Shown here: positions 21,544-31,015 of the stretch, one piece after another | How positions within the stretch are numbered: position 1 is the stretch's first letter | Layout: the number at the start of each line of letters is the position of its first letter | Notes under the pieces: model-generated | Databases searched by the model: none | What the model was told of the DNA's origin: nothing | Seen by the model: only the letters and a program-made list of their open reading frames with translations | From: Candidatus Tharpella sp. | Lineage (GTDB): Bacteria; Desulfobacterota; Anaeroferrophillalia; Anaeroferrophillales; Tharpellaceae | Assembly (NCBI GenBank): GCA_021161425.1 | Contig: JAGHAQ010000006.1 | Span: 11,142 to 75,141, forward strand | DNA: 64,000 nucleotides | Reading direction: 5' to 3' | Made by a program: the position numbers and the translations under genes

Positions 21544-22581
21544 TTAACGACAGCGAAAACGATCGCCGCTCTTTATTTTTTCACCGGTCACTCGCAGATA
21601 GTCGGAACCGGCCTGGCCGAGTTTGACGACCTTGACCTCTTCGCCATTTTCCCGAACCAACCAGAAGGCACCGTAACGCTCAATCACGGAAGTTACCGGA
21701 ACTTCGACTACGCCGCCGGCTTCCGGCAAAGCGATGGCGAGCTCAAGAGCGATACCACCCCGCATCTCGGGAAGTCCCTCACTGATCTCCAGCTCAACTG
21801 TGATTTTTCTGGTCTTCTGGTCAAAAGCCGGTGAGATGTGCAGCAGACGGACCGGAACCTTCGTTGCTTGTTTGTTTTTAGACGGTAATATCAGGAAGAG
21901 CGAGTCCCCGGCACTCTCTCTTTTCAACCACTCATATTGCGCCATGGTCAGTGAAAAAGGTACCAGCAGGGTTCGATAATCACCGACCTGACCGACAATT
22001 CGCCCAATCGTCAACCACTCACCGGGTTCAATTTTCCGCTCTAAGAGATGCCAGCCGGCCGGAGCTTTTATAATGCAGCGCCGACGACGCTCTTTAAAGA
22101 CTGCTGCCTTAACCTTTAACTCGGCCAAACCAAGTCGCGCCTGATCATACTTTAGTTCAAGCTCCTGCACTCGGGTTTCAGAAACCGCCTTGCTCCCGCT
22201 CAATTTCCGATAACGTTCAACCTCTCGCTGCCAATAAGCCATCTGATTTTCAAGGCGCGCACTTGCGGCCTGGTTGGCTTCCAGTTCAAGGTCGATAAAG
22301 GTTGTATCAAGCTTTGCAAAAAGAGCGGTGGCGGCGATCAAATCACCCATCTCGGCCCTGACCTCAAGACAACGGCCGGACTCTTCACAGGTCAGAAAGC
22401 GCCGCCAACGAGCTCTGGTATAGCCCCGCAAAACCGTCGTCCGAAACGCAGCCCGAGCTGTACAGACAGTGAAGGATTGATCTTTTTCAACCTCTTTGGC
22501 AAGCACCCGGGAGGCCGAAAGGGAGACAAGGGTAAAAAACACGGCAAAAAGGGAAATTAAAACAATTAATCTACGCATCAT
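21544..22581 (-). CDS. RND efflux periplasmic adaptor (membrane fusion protein, HlyD family)
   Basis: A signal anchor, coiled-coil hairpin and beta-barrel domains are present. It lies immediately upstream of the RND permease. Confidence 0.85.
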   Translation of the reverse strand: MMRRLIVLISLFAVFFTLVSLSASRVLAKEVEKDQSFTVCTARAAFRTTVLRGYTRARWRRFLTCEESGRCLEVRAEMGDLIAATALFAKLDTTFIDLELEANQAASARLENQMAYWQREVERYRKLSGSKAVSETRVQELELKYDQARLGLAELKVKAAVFKERRRRCIIKAPAGWHLLERKIEPGEWLTIGRIVGQVGDYRTLLVPFSLTMAQYEWLKRESAGDSLFLILPSKNKQATKVPVRLLHISPAFDQKTRKITVELEISEGLPEMRGGIALELAIALPEAGGVVEVPVTSVIERYGAFWLVRENGEEVKVVKLGQAGSDYLRVTGEKIKSGDRFRCR

Positions 22582-22592
22582 ATTTTCACTTG

Positions 22593-23027
22593 TTAGAAAG
22601 ATAAAAAATAGTCATTAATAATCCGGCGATGATCAAAGGCGATTTTCACTGGCAAGTTATCTTGGAAATAAACGACCGCCTTGCCGGCATCGTCACCAGC
22701 TTGTAATTTACCTTTACCGACAGCTGTAAAAACAGTTGAAATAGTATGCTGGCGAGGGTCGCGTTGAGGGTCTGAATAGGTATGAAACTGGCTGATCAAC
22801 TCAACCTCAAGACCGGTCTCTTCACGAGCTTCACGAACAGCGGCGGTTTCCAGACTTTCACCATAATCAACAAAGCCACCCGGCAAAGCCCAGCCCGGCG
22901 GCGGGTTGAGGCGTTCTATCAAAACAATCCCTCCCTCATAAGAGATCAGAATATCAACCGTTGGTACCGGATTGCGATAACGAGTAAGTTGATAGTTACA
23001 GTTAGGACAGAAAAAAGTCTCGCGCAT
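22593..23027 (-). CDS. NUDIX hydrolase with N-terminal zinc ribbon
   Basis: CPNCNY…C is a zinc-ribbon motif. [26 protein letters not shown] is the Nudix box. Confidence 0.85.
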   Translation of the reverse strand: MRETFFCPNCNYQLTRYRNPVPTVDILISYEGGIVLIERLNPPPGWALPGGFVDYGESLETAAVREAREETGLEVELISQFHTYSDPQRDPRQHTISTVFTAVGKGKLQAGDDAGKAVVYFQDNLPVKIAFDHRRIINDYFLSF

Positions 23028-23038
23028 CTAAAAACCTC

Positions 23039-25696
23039 TCACCTGAAATTGTTGACTAAGCCCAGCTCCTCTTGCCGGTTATTAACCTCACCGTCGAGGC
23101 GTGCATTCCTGACTTGTTCGAGAATCTCCTTGAATTGAGGTCCGGGGGTCAGGCCGGCTGAGATCAGGTCGTGACCATCAATCTCGATTTCAACAAATTG
23201 AAGCCGGGTAATATAGCTGGAAAGTGCTTTTTTAACCTCCTGATTCTCATGACCGGCCATAATATAGAGTAGGATTTCAAGGGGCAGATCGGAAAGCTGC
23301 GCACAGAGTTCGGAGTTGCGATAAACTTTGCCTTCCTGACATAAACGCCCGAGTTCGGCAGCGACTTCTATGCCGCGGCGCCGGGCACTGACAAAACGCT
23401 CTGCGGCGTTTTCATCGAGTCCCAAACGCAAAGCACAGTAGTGAGCCTGGCCGGCACTCATACCATCAAGAAAACAGAGGAAATAAACTCGCCAAACTTC
23501 CAGTTTCTCCTCAAGATAGAGATATTCATACCAGGAAATCACCTCCTTAGCCATCATCAGGCGGGCCTGGCTCTGCTGGGCTTTAGTCTGACTTTTCAGT
23601 TCAGGAAAAACCTCACGCCAAAGTTTGAACTCGCTGATACGAGCAAAAATCGGCAGGGGATCGGACTCGGCACAGATCAATTTCAATTCATGAAGAATAC
23701 GGAAACCGGAGAGCCGCCTGACAAAACCGACCTTGATGGCGTTGTGAATAAGGTGCAAAGTCTGGCGGCCGATCGCAAAAGCAAATTTTTGTTCAAAACG
23801 GATGGCCCGAAAGATCCTGGTCGGATCTTCGACAAAACTTAAATTATGCAGAACCCTGATACTGTGCTCCTTGAGATCGCGGCCGGCGCCGAAGTAATCT
23901 CGCATCTCACCATAACGGTTGCGGTTCAAAGAAACCACCAGGGTGTTGATCGTAAAATCTCGCCGGTAGAGATCGACCTTTAGAGAGCTCTTTTCAACCT
24001 TCGGGAGCATGGCGGGAGCATCATAGTACTCCATTCGAGTGCTGGCAATATCCAGCTTATAACCCTCTTCAGTTAAGATAACAGCCGTCCGAAAGGGTTC
24101 ATGACAATGACAGCGACCAGAGTAACGTTCGCTATAGGCGCGAGCCAGGGCGATGCCGTCACCTTCGACAACAATATCAATATCAAGGTTCGGACGGCGC
24201 AGCATGAGATCGCGAACCACGCCGCCGACAAGAAAAAGATTAACCTCCAGCTCATCGGCCAGTTGTCCGAGTTGTCTGAAAACCATAATCAGGTCGGCGG
24301 GAAAACTCTCAGCCATCAGGGCATTGACATTTTTCCGGCGCATCTTGCGCGGCCCATCCTGGCCCGCCTCAAAACCCTCTCTCCCCTGATCCTCCTGATC
24401 ATAGAGGGCGCGCAGCAGGTCTTTACGGGTAATCGCCCCGATAATTGCCTGTTGTTCATCAACCACCGGCAAAAAGCGCTGATTACGTCCGATGATCAGC
24501 TCTTTAATCTGGTTGAGATCGGCACCGGGAGCGATCGGTTCATAATCGGTAGTCATATATTCACTGACATCAAGTTCTTTAAGACCGTGATAGAGGGCCT
24601 TTTCTACCACCTGACGTGAGATAATGCCGGCAAGCTTTGAACTTTTCTCATCAATTACCGGCAGCACATTGATGTTGTAACGAGTCAGTAACTCGGCCGC
24701 TTTGACAAGCGGCGTCGCCAAGGTAATGGTCAAGACCGGCGAAGTCATCAGGTCAGCGGCAATAAGCGGCGGCACCACCTCTTCCTCAAGTAATTCCAGA
24801 AGACGTTCCCGACACTGGATCAAGGTCAATTTCCGGGTCACCGCTGCCGCCGCATAGTGATGCCCGCCGCCGCCAAAATGGGCCAGTAACTGCCCCATAT
24901 CAAGCGCGGCACTGCGGCTGCGACCGATAAGATAAATTTTATCATCAAGACGCAAAAGGGCGATCACGACCTCAAGCCTTTCGATATCTCGCAAACGATG
25001 GACAACCATCGCCACATCCGGGATATAGTGTTCACGGCCGGCCTCAACCAGAACCACCTTCTGACCCCGCGGATAGATCGACCGCTGCGAGGACAAAAGA
25101 TCATTGAGCAGGGAGATTTGTTCCCGATCAAGCGGGTTATTGATAACCTCGGCGACCGTTTCAAGATTGCCGCCCTGCTCTACAAGCCAGGCGGCAGCCA
25201 TAAAATCACGTCCCGTGGTTCCCTGAAAGGTCAGAGAACCGGTATCTTCATAGAGACCGATCAACATCACAGTTGCTTCATCGGCCGGTACCGTAAGACC
25301 CTTTTCACGCAGTTTTTCAATCATCAGGGTAACCACGGCACCGACCTCAGCAACCTCGGTCCGGACCACCCCTTCAAGATCATCGTCAGTTGCGGGATGG
25401 TGATCATAAACGATAACCTCAACCTCCGGGCGGGCCGCAACCTCGGCAAAAGGTCCGATCCTATTTTTCTGACGGGTATCGACAACAATCAGGCGTCTGA
25501 TTCCGGCCAGATCGATATCTTTAAGACGTTTAAAAGGGTAGGCATAACCGCAGGAGTGAAGAAAGAAATCGTGCAGACTGCGCTCCGGACTACCGGGCAG
25601 TACCATCTCGGCTTGCGGATAGAGATGACGGGCCGCCAACATCGCTGCGAGGCCGTCAAAATCGGTGTTGATATGAGAAGTGATAACTTCAGTCAT
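23039..25696 (-). CDS. Multidomain DHH-DHHA1-CBS-CBS-poly(A) polymerase/tRNA nucleotidyltransferase (CCA-adding enzyme family head) fusion protein
   Basis: The N-terminus carries a DHH domain (HINTDFDGLAAMLAA…DHH) and DHHA1 (FGGGGHHYAAAA). Two CBS domains follow. The C-terminus carries the Pol-beta-like PAP/CCA head (FLVGGVVRDLMLRRPNLDIDIVVEG…RRDFTINTL). Confidence 0.85.
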   Translation of the reverse strand: MTEVITSHINTDFDGLAAMLAARHLYPQAEMVLPGSPERSLHDFFLHSCGYAYPFKRLKDIDLAGIRRLIVVDTRQKNRIGPFAEVAARPEVEVIVYDHHPATDDDLEGVVRTEVAEVGAVVTLMIEKLREKGLTVPADEATVMLIGLYEDTGSLTFQGTTGRDFMAAAWLVEQGGNLETVAEVINNPLDREQISLLNDLLSSQRSIYPRGQKVVLVEAGREHYIPDVAMVVHRLRDIERLEVVIALLRLDDKIYLIGRSRSAALDMGQLLAHFGGGGHHYAAAAVTRKLTLIQCRERLLELLEEEVVPPLIAADLMTSPVLTITLATPLVKAAELLTRYNINVLPVIDEKSSKLAGIISRQVVEKALYHGLKELDVSEYMTTDYEPIAPGADLNQIKELIIGRNQRFLPVVDEQQAIIGAITRKDLLRALYDQEDQGREGFEAGQDGPRKMRRKNVNALMAESFPADLIMVFRQLGQLADELEVNLFLVGGVVRDLMLRRPNLDIDIVVEGDGIALARAYSERYSGRCHCHEPFRTAVILTEEGYKLDIASTRMEYYDAPAMLPKVEKSSLKVDLYRRDFTINTLVVSLNRNRYGEMRDYFGAGRDLKEHSIRVLHNLSFVEDPTRIFRAIRFEQKFAFAIGRQTLHLIHNAIKVGFVRRLSGFRILHELKLICAESDPLPIFARISEFKLWREVFPELKSQTKAQQSQARLMMAKEVISWYEYLYLEEKLEVWRVYFLCFLDGMSAGQAHYCALRLGLDENAAERFVSARRRGIEVAAELGRLCQEGKVYRNSELCAQLSDLPLEILLYIMAGHENQEVKKALSSYITRLQFVEIEIDGHDLISAGLTPGPQFKEILEQVRNARLDGEVNNRQEELGLVNNFR

Positions 25697-25699
25697 CGA

Positions 25700-26593
25700 T
25701 TAGTCCCTTTCACGGGGATGATAACGTCTATAAACCTCATTTAAACGTTTGGCATCAACCTGGGTATAGATCTGGGTGGTAGCCAGATCGGCATGCCCTA
25801 AAAGGGTCTGAACAATCCTTAAGTCGGCCCCACCGGAGAGCAGATGAGTGGCAAAGGAGTGACGCAAGAGATGAGGATAAACCTCCTGTTTGATTCCAGC
25901 TTTTAGAGCATAACGACGGATCGTCTTCCAGAATCCCTCGCGGCTCAAAGAATTTCCTGAACGGTTGAGAAAGAGATAAGTAGAGGTTTTGCCTTTGAGC
26001 AACTTACGTCGTCCTTGAGCAATATAGTTACGCAGATTACTGATTATCGGCAACGGCAGCGGCACGATCCGTTCCTTGTTACCTTTGCCGATCACGGTTA
26101 AAACGCCAAGATTGAAATTTATCTGCTGGAGTTCCAACCCAACCAACTCACTGACCCGCAAACCGGCTCCATAGAGAACCTCAAGCATCACTTTGTCACG
26201 CTCGCCGAGCGTCGTTTCTGGATCGGGTGCAGCCAGCAGAGATTTTATTTCAACTACGCTTAAAACCTCAGGCAGATTTTTATCAAGTTGGGGCAGGTCA
26301 AAACCGACCAGCGGCTGACGCCGGATCTCACCTTTCGCCAGCAGGAAACGAAAAAAACTGTTGAGCGCCGAGAAACGCCGGCGAATCGTCCGCCGTGCAT
26401 ACGCCTGTTTGAGCAACAGGATATAGTCGCTGACCTGAGCTTTAGAAAGAGACTCAGGCTCGGGGTTGCCTTGAGCCTCAAGGAAGAGACCAAAATGCAC
26501 AAGATCAACCCGGTAGGCCGCAATCGTCTGTAGTGAGAGCCCACGCTCTAACAGTAAATGATCGAGAAAACTTTCAACCTGTTCTGAATACAT
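25700..26593 (-). CDS. xerD: Tyrosine recombinase XerD (XerC/XerD family)
   Basis: A SAM-like N-terminal domain is followed by the catalytic R…HxxR…Y residues (LLRHSFATHLL, HADLATTQIYTQV). The 297-aa size fits chromosome-dimer-resolution recombinases. The XerC versus XerD call is by similarity impression only. Confidence 0.8.
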   Translation of the reverse strand: MYSEQVESFLDHLLLERGLSLQTIAAYRVDLVHFGLFLEAQGNPEPESLSKAQVSDYILLLKQAYARRTIRRRFSALNSFFRFLLAKGEIRRQPLVGFDLPQLDKNLPEVLSVVEIKSLLAAPDPETTLGERDKVMLEVLYGAGLRVSELVGLELQQINFNLGVLTVIGKGNKERIVPLPLPIISNLRNYIAQGRRKLLKGKTSTYLFLNRSGNSLSREGFWKTIRRYALKAGIKQEVYPHLLRHSFATHLLSGGADLRIVQTLLGHADLATTQIYTQVDAKRLNEVYRRYHPRERD

Positions 26594-26630
26594 GATGATA
26601 GTTCAAAGCTCAGAGTTTGGGGTTAGGTTG

Positions 26631-26897
26631 TTAATCGGCCGATTTATTTTTTTCTTCACCAAAATCACGCATTGCGGCCCCGTCCTGATCGGTCGGCGAA
26701 AGCATGGCGATAGCATGTTTATAGATCAAATGGCTGGTAAATTCGTCATTTAAGATCAAGCAATGGCTGTCAAAACTGCTGATCCGCCCCTCTCTGGCCG
26801 TCCCGCTGACCAGTTCCACACTGACCCGCCGCCGCTCACGCCGCAATCGATTTAAGAATTGTTCCTGAACGTTCGCCTGATGTCGCGTCATATTCAA
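26631..26897 (-). CDS. hfq: RNA chaperone Hfq
   Basis: Sm1/Sm2 motifs are present (FLNRLRRERRRVSVELVSGTAREGRISSFDSHCLILND…HLIYKHAIAML). The gene stands alone and is not next to miaA/hflX. Confidence 0.85.
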   Translation of the reverse strand: MNMTRHQANVQEQFLNRLRRERRRVSVELVSGTAREGRISSFDSHCLILNDEFTSHLIYKHAIAMLSPTDQDGAAMRDFGEEKNKSAD

Positions 26898-27150
26898 GTA
26901 TCTCCCCTAAAATGTAAATCATTTCAACACTTACAACTTCTTATCATCCACCAACGTATTTATCAAATAAAAATATACACAAAGGGCAGCCTTTACCGGC
27001 ATCTTTTTTTTACAGTGACATCTGCTTTGCAATCTGCTAAAACCTCCGTCAACAAATTACAACATCAAGAGACCCGATATAAAGTGAGCCAACCCCTGAA
27101 AACCGATGTTGGCTGTAAAAAAACCATTTAACCCAATAGGCGAAAAGATT

Positions 27151-28011
27151 ATGAAAGATTTTATCCGTTATTCCGGCACCAGTGATTATATTGTTTCCGA
27201 AAACCTACAAAATGATGTCAATGTTTCAATCGCTCTGGGGCGCCCCCTGTTGATCAAGGGAGAACCCGGCACCGGCAAGACCCTGCTGGCGCAAAGTGTG
27301 GCTGCAGGCCTTGGCCAGGAGCTTTTGACCTGGAACATCAAATCAACAACCAAGGCTCAGGATGGCCTTTATCTCTATGATACGGTTCAACGCCTCAACG
27401 ATTCCCGTTTCGGCGGCAATGATGTCTCCAATATCGAAAACTATATCAAACTCGGAAAACTTGGCGAAGCTTTTGCCCGCGAAACCCAGGCGGTCGTCCT
27501 GATTGACGAAATCGACAAGGCTGACATCGAATTTCCCAACGACCTCCTGGCCGAACTTGACGAGATGAAGTTCTATATCCCAGAAACCAAAAAGACGATT
27601 ACGGCAAAGCAGAGACCAGCAATCATTATTACGAGTAATTCGGAGAAAGAGCTGCCCGACGCTTTCTTGCGCCGCTGTGTCTTCCACTATATCGAATTTC
27701 CCGACCAGGAGCTGATGGCAAGAATAGTCCGCGTCCACTTTCCCGATCTTGAAAAAAAGATGGTCAAGGAGGCGATGGCAGCCTTCTACCAACTTCGAGA
27801 GCTCGATGGCTTACGCAAAAAACCGTCAACCAGCGAACTAATCGACTGGCTCAAAGCCCTGCTCGCGGCCGGCCATAACGGCAAGGTTGACCTGCAGAAA
27901 GATCTGCCTTTTCTAGGCGCTCTCTTAAAAAATGAGAACGATTACGAAATAGCGGCCAAACAGCGCCAAGCCTTCCAGAAACGCAGTTCATTAGCAGCTT
28001 TTCGCCGTTGA
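27151..28011 (+). CDS. MoxR-family AAA+ ATPase (CoxD-like subgroup)
   Basis: Walker A is GEPGTGKT and Walker B is VVLIDEIDKAD, with a sensor region. It is paired with a downstream VWA gene. Confidence 0.85.
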   Translation: MKDFIRYSGTSDYIVSENLQNDVNVSIALGRPLLIKGEPGTGKTLLAQSVAAGLGQELLTWNIKSTTKAQDGLYLYDTVQRLNDSRFGGNDVSNIENYIKLGKLGEAFARETQAVVLIDEIDKADIEFPNDLLAELDEMKFYIPETKKTITAKQRPAIIITSNSEKELPDAFLRRCVFHYIEFPDQELMARIVRVHFPDLEKKMVKEAMAAFYQLRELDGLRKKPSTSELIDWLKALLAAGHNGKVDLQKDLPFLGALLKNENDYEIAAKQRQAFQKRSSLAAFRR

Positions 28012-28023
28012 TTATAAGAGATT

Positions 28024-29193
28024 ATGTTTACTAGCTTTTTTTATTGTCTCAGAACCCATAAGATCATGGTTACGCCAACCGAATGGTTGGCGTTAATGGA
28101 AGCTTTAAGCCGCGGTTTTGCCGGCAACAGCCTGGTCTCGTTCTACCATCTGAGCCGTTCCCTGCTCGTCAAAACCGAGGCCCTTTTTGATCATTTCGAC
28201 CTCGCTTTCCGTGAGTTTTTCACCGGCCTTGAAGTCCCGCCCGAAATTTTCGAGGAACTCTGGCAATGGTTGGGCAAGGAAACCTTGAAGAAAGAGATCG
28301 ATGCCGACGCTTTAAAAGATCTACCAAAATATGACTGGGAAGCTGTCAAGAAAATGTTTGAAGAGCGCCTTAAGGAACAAAAGGAAGAGCATCACGGCGG
28401 CAACCGCTGGATTGGAACTGGCGGCACTTCACCTTTCGGTCATGGCGGGAATCATCCCGGAGGGTTAAGGGTCGGCGGTGAGAGTAGCGGCGGAATGGCC
28501 GTAAAAATAGCTGCCGAAAGACGTTTCAAAGGCTACCGTCGTGATGTCACGCTCGATGTACGCCAGATTAAGGTCGCCTTAAAAAAACTGCGCCACCTGC
28601 GCCGCACCGGCACTCGACTGGAACTCGATATCGATGAAACGGTTGATAAAACCTGTAAGAATGCCGGTGAAATTGATTTAGTCTTTACACCAGAGCATAA
28701 AAATGATGTCAAAGTACTACTCTTGATGGATGCCGGGGGTTCGATGTACCCTTACGCTAAACTGGTTGATAGACTTTTCTCGGCCGCTAATTCCGTCAAT
28801 TATTTTGCCGAGTTCAACCACTACTATTTTCATAATTCGATTTATGATTATGTACGGCCCGAAATCGACGGCCGCGAGCGGATTCCGACAGCCCATATCC
28901 TCAAAAAGCTCAACCCCGACCATAAAGTTATATTGGTCGGCGATGCCAGCATGGCCCCCTTCGAACTCTTCATGGAGAACGGCATTATCGACTACTACGA
29001 TAGTAACGAGACCGCCGGCATCGTCTGGTTTGAACGAATTGCTAAACATTTTCGCCGCACAGTCTGGCTCAATCCGATGCCTGAACGCTACTGGAGGCAC
29101 CCCACCATCAGCGCCATCAGCCAAGTCTTCCCGATGTTTCATCTATCTTTAGAAGGACTTGACGAAGCCATTAAAAAGCTAACGGCTTTCTAA
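28024..29193 (+). CDS. VWA domain-containing protein, CoxE-like
   Basis: The C-terminal VWA/MIDAS reads VLLLMDAGGSM…ILVGDAS. The N-terminal DUF-like region is conserved in CoxE partners of CoxD-type MoxR ATPases. A 12-nt gap separates it from the ATPase. Confidence 0.8.
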   Translation: MFTSFFYCLRTHKIMVTPTEWLALMEALSRGFAGNSLVSFYHLSRSLLVKTEALFDHFDLAFREFFTGLEVPPEIFEELWQWLGKETLKKEIDADALKDLPKYDWEAVKKMFEERLKEQKEEHHGGNRWIGTGGTSPFGHGGNHPGGLRVGGESSGGMAVKIAAERRFKGYRRDVTLDVRQIKVALKKLRHLRRTGTRLELDIDETVDKTCKNAGEIDLVFTPEHKNDVKVLLLMDAGGSMYPYAKLVDRLFSAANSVNYFAEFNHYYFHNSIYDYVRPEIDGRERIPTAHILKKLNPDHKVILVGDASMAPFELFMENGIIDYYDSNETAGIVWFERIAKHFRRTVWLNPMPERYWRHPTISAISQVFPMFHLSLEGLDEAIKKLTAF

Positions 29194-29233
29194 GATTATC
29201 AGAAGATTACACAGCTGAAATCAGATTCGTAAA

Positions 29234-29965
29234 TCACCTACATCTGCCGGAGAGATGGTCGATCAAACCCATGATGCCACGAAGGATACGAACTTCACGA
29301 TGGGTCATGGCGGCCCGTCCAAAAAGGCGTCGGAGATATTCGAGGAGATGATCGGGATTGCTTTTGTCGAGGAAATCATTTGCGTCCAGAGTCTTACGGA
29401 AATGACCGTACATCCCCTGCAATTCACTATGAGTGGCAAGTTCAGCCGTTGATTGGGGTGCTCGATCAGCACTTTTCAGACGGCTCAGTTCGTAGCCATA
29501 CAAAAGTACCGACTGGGCCAGATTCATAGAGGAAAAATCGCGATTTACCGGGATTGACGAAAGAATATGACTATGCCGACGCTGTTCTCGAGCGAGCCCA
29601 AAATCTTCGCGGCCGAACATGATGGCAACCGGCGTCTGCGGACCCAGATATTCAATTTTTTCTACAGTTTGGGCCGGAGTATAGACGGGTTGGCAATATT
29701 TTCCGAGACGAGCCGTAGTCCCGACCACGAGTTTAAACTCAGCCAGAGCCGTGTCCAGGTCAGTAAAAATCTCAGCCCGTTCCAAAAGGTCATCGGCTCC
29801 ACAACTCAAGGCCCGGGCCGGATCCGAGAGATGATCACAGCCGGGTGACACCAGCAGCAGGCGACCAAGCTTAAAATTTTTCATCGCTCGGGCCACAGCC
29901 CCGACATTCATATCAAGTTTTGGTTCAACCAGAACAATGGCCAACTCCGGCCAGCTGTTATTCAT
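29234..29965 (-). CDS. trmJ: tRNA (cytidine/uridine-2'-O)-methyltransferase TrmJ (SpoU/TrmH class)
   Basis: SPOUT motifs are present (LVEPKLDMNVGAVARAMKNF…MFGREDFGL…MNLAQSV), followed by the TrmJ-type C-terminal helical domain. Confidence 0.8.
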   Translation of the reverse strand: MNNSWPELAIVLVEPKLDMNVGAVARAMKNFKLGRLLLVSPGCDHLSDPARALSCGADDLLERAEIFTDLDTALAEFKLVVGTTARLGKYCQPVYTPAQTVEKIEYLGPQTPVAIMFGREDFGLAREQRRHSHILSSIPVNRDFSSMNLAQSVLLYGYELSRLKSADRAPQSTAELATHSELQGMYGHFRKTLDANDFLDKSNPDHLLEYLRRLFGRAAMTHREVRILRGIMGLIDHLSGRCR

Positions 29966-29977
29966 AAGGAGTTATCC

Positions 29978-30175
29978 ATGAGTAAAAAACCTACTATCTT
30001 TGAACCCTACCAATTTAAGGTCGGGGAGAGGATTTTGCGACGCCGCAAAGGAAAACTTGAGGATTGGGACGTGATCGCCGTCAATGACGATGAGGTCACC
30101 GTAAAATGCCCATTTCACGGCATGGAACTTACTTGGAAGAGGAATCATTTCTGGTTTGGCGGCGACTCCGATTGA
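29978..30175 (+). CDS. Hypothetical small protein (65 aa) encoded antisense in the rlmB-trmJ gap
   Basis: AAGGAG sits 6 nt before the ATG. The sequence is protein-like (MSKKPTIFEPYQFKVGERILRRRKGKLEDWDVIAVNDDEVTVKCPFHGMELTWKRNHFWFGGDSD). Its 3' end overlaps the rlmB 3' end by 47 nt on the opposite strand, so the call is uncertain. Confidence 0.35.
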   Translation: MSKKPTIFEPYQFKVGERILRRRKGKLEDWDVIAVNDDEVTVKCPFHGMELTWKRNHFWFGGDSD

Positions 30176-30899
30176 TCTCAAAGAGGGTGACTGCGGCGGC
30201 GATCCCGACGTTGAGCGATTCACTACTGTTAGCCAGAGGAATCGTCACCTGCACATCACAGCTTTTTACGACGATTGGCCGGAGCCCTTTATCTTCGGAA
30301 CCTAACACCAGAACCAAAGAATCGGACCACTCGACGGTATAGAGATCTTCACCGCCCTCGGCCGCAGCACCATAGATCCAGAAACCGGCTTCCTGACAAC
30401 GACGCAGGGCGTCGGCCAGATTAACGACCCGGCTGATCGGCAGGTTTTCCAGAGCCCCGGCGGCAGTTTTGGCAACCGTTGCCGTAATGGCGGCGCTGCG
30501 TCTCTCCGGCAAAATCATACCTACGGCCCCAGCAGCAGCAGCCGTACGTATGATCGCCCCGAGATTACGCGGATCGGTAACCCCGTCGATAGCCACAAGC
30601 AGAGATTCGGTCGAATTCTGCACAGCAGACCGCAAAAGTTCCGCTAATGGCGTAAAAATAAAGGGCGCAACCGCAACGGCTACACCCTGATGCCGAACTT
30701 CCCCGGCAAGACGATCAAGAGCGGCGACAGGAACAGGCTTGATTGTCACCCCATCCTTTCGGGCGCGCTCCACGAGCTCCTTTACCCTCCGAGCGGGATT
30801 CTCAATACAATAGAGGGTCTGAATCCGACGCTGTTGACGACGCAAAAGTTCATCAACAGCATTGATACCACAAACTAGATTCTCGGCCTTTTCAACCAT
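30129..30899 (-). CDS. rlmB: 23S rRNA (guanosine-2'-O)-methyltransferase RlmB
   Basis: An N-terminal L30e-like domain and a SpoU domain are present (…VLGSEDKGLRPIVVKSCDVQVTIPL…SLNVGIAAAV…). Confidence 0.85.
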   Translation of the reverse strand: MVEKAENLVCGINAVDELLRRQQRRIQTLYCIENPARRVKELVERARKDGVTIKPVPVAALDRLAGEVRHQGVAVAVAPFIFTPLAELLRSAVQNSTESLLVAIDGVTDPRNLGAIIRTAAAAGAVGMILPERRSAAITATVAKTAAGALENLPISRVVNLADALRRCQEAGFWIYGAAAEGGEDLYTVEWSDSLVLVLGSEDKGLRPIVVKSCDVQVTIPLANSSESLNVGIAAAVTLFEINRSRRQTRNDSSSK

Positions 30900-31015
30900 G
30901 ATGCACTCGTAAAATTACGGGATGGCTAAGTAAAAATCGATATACGCCCCAAAGTATGTCGAGTGCCTGAAAAACCACAGCAAAGCAGAAGATCGAACTT
31001 TTTACGACGCCATCA

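Noticed and set aside
26898-27105. Possible Rho-independent terminator hairpin (agccaacccctgaaaaccgatgttggct) upstream of the MoxR gene
   Set aside because: The stem is not followed by a U-tract on either strand. It is more likely a 5'-UTR structure and is mentioned only in the MoxR/VWA finding.
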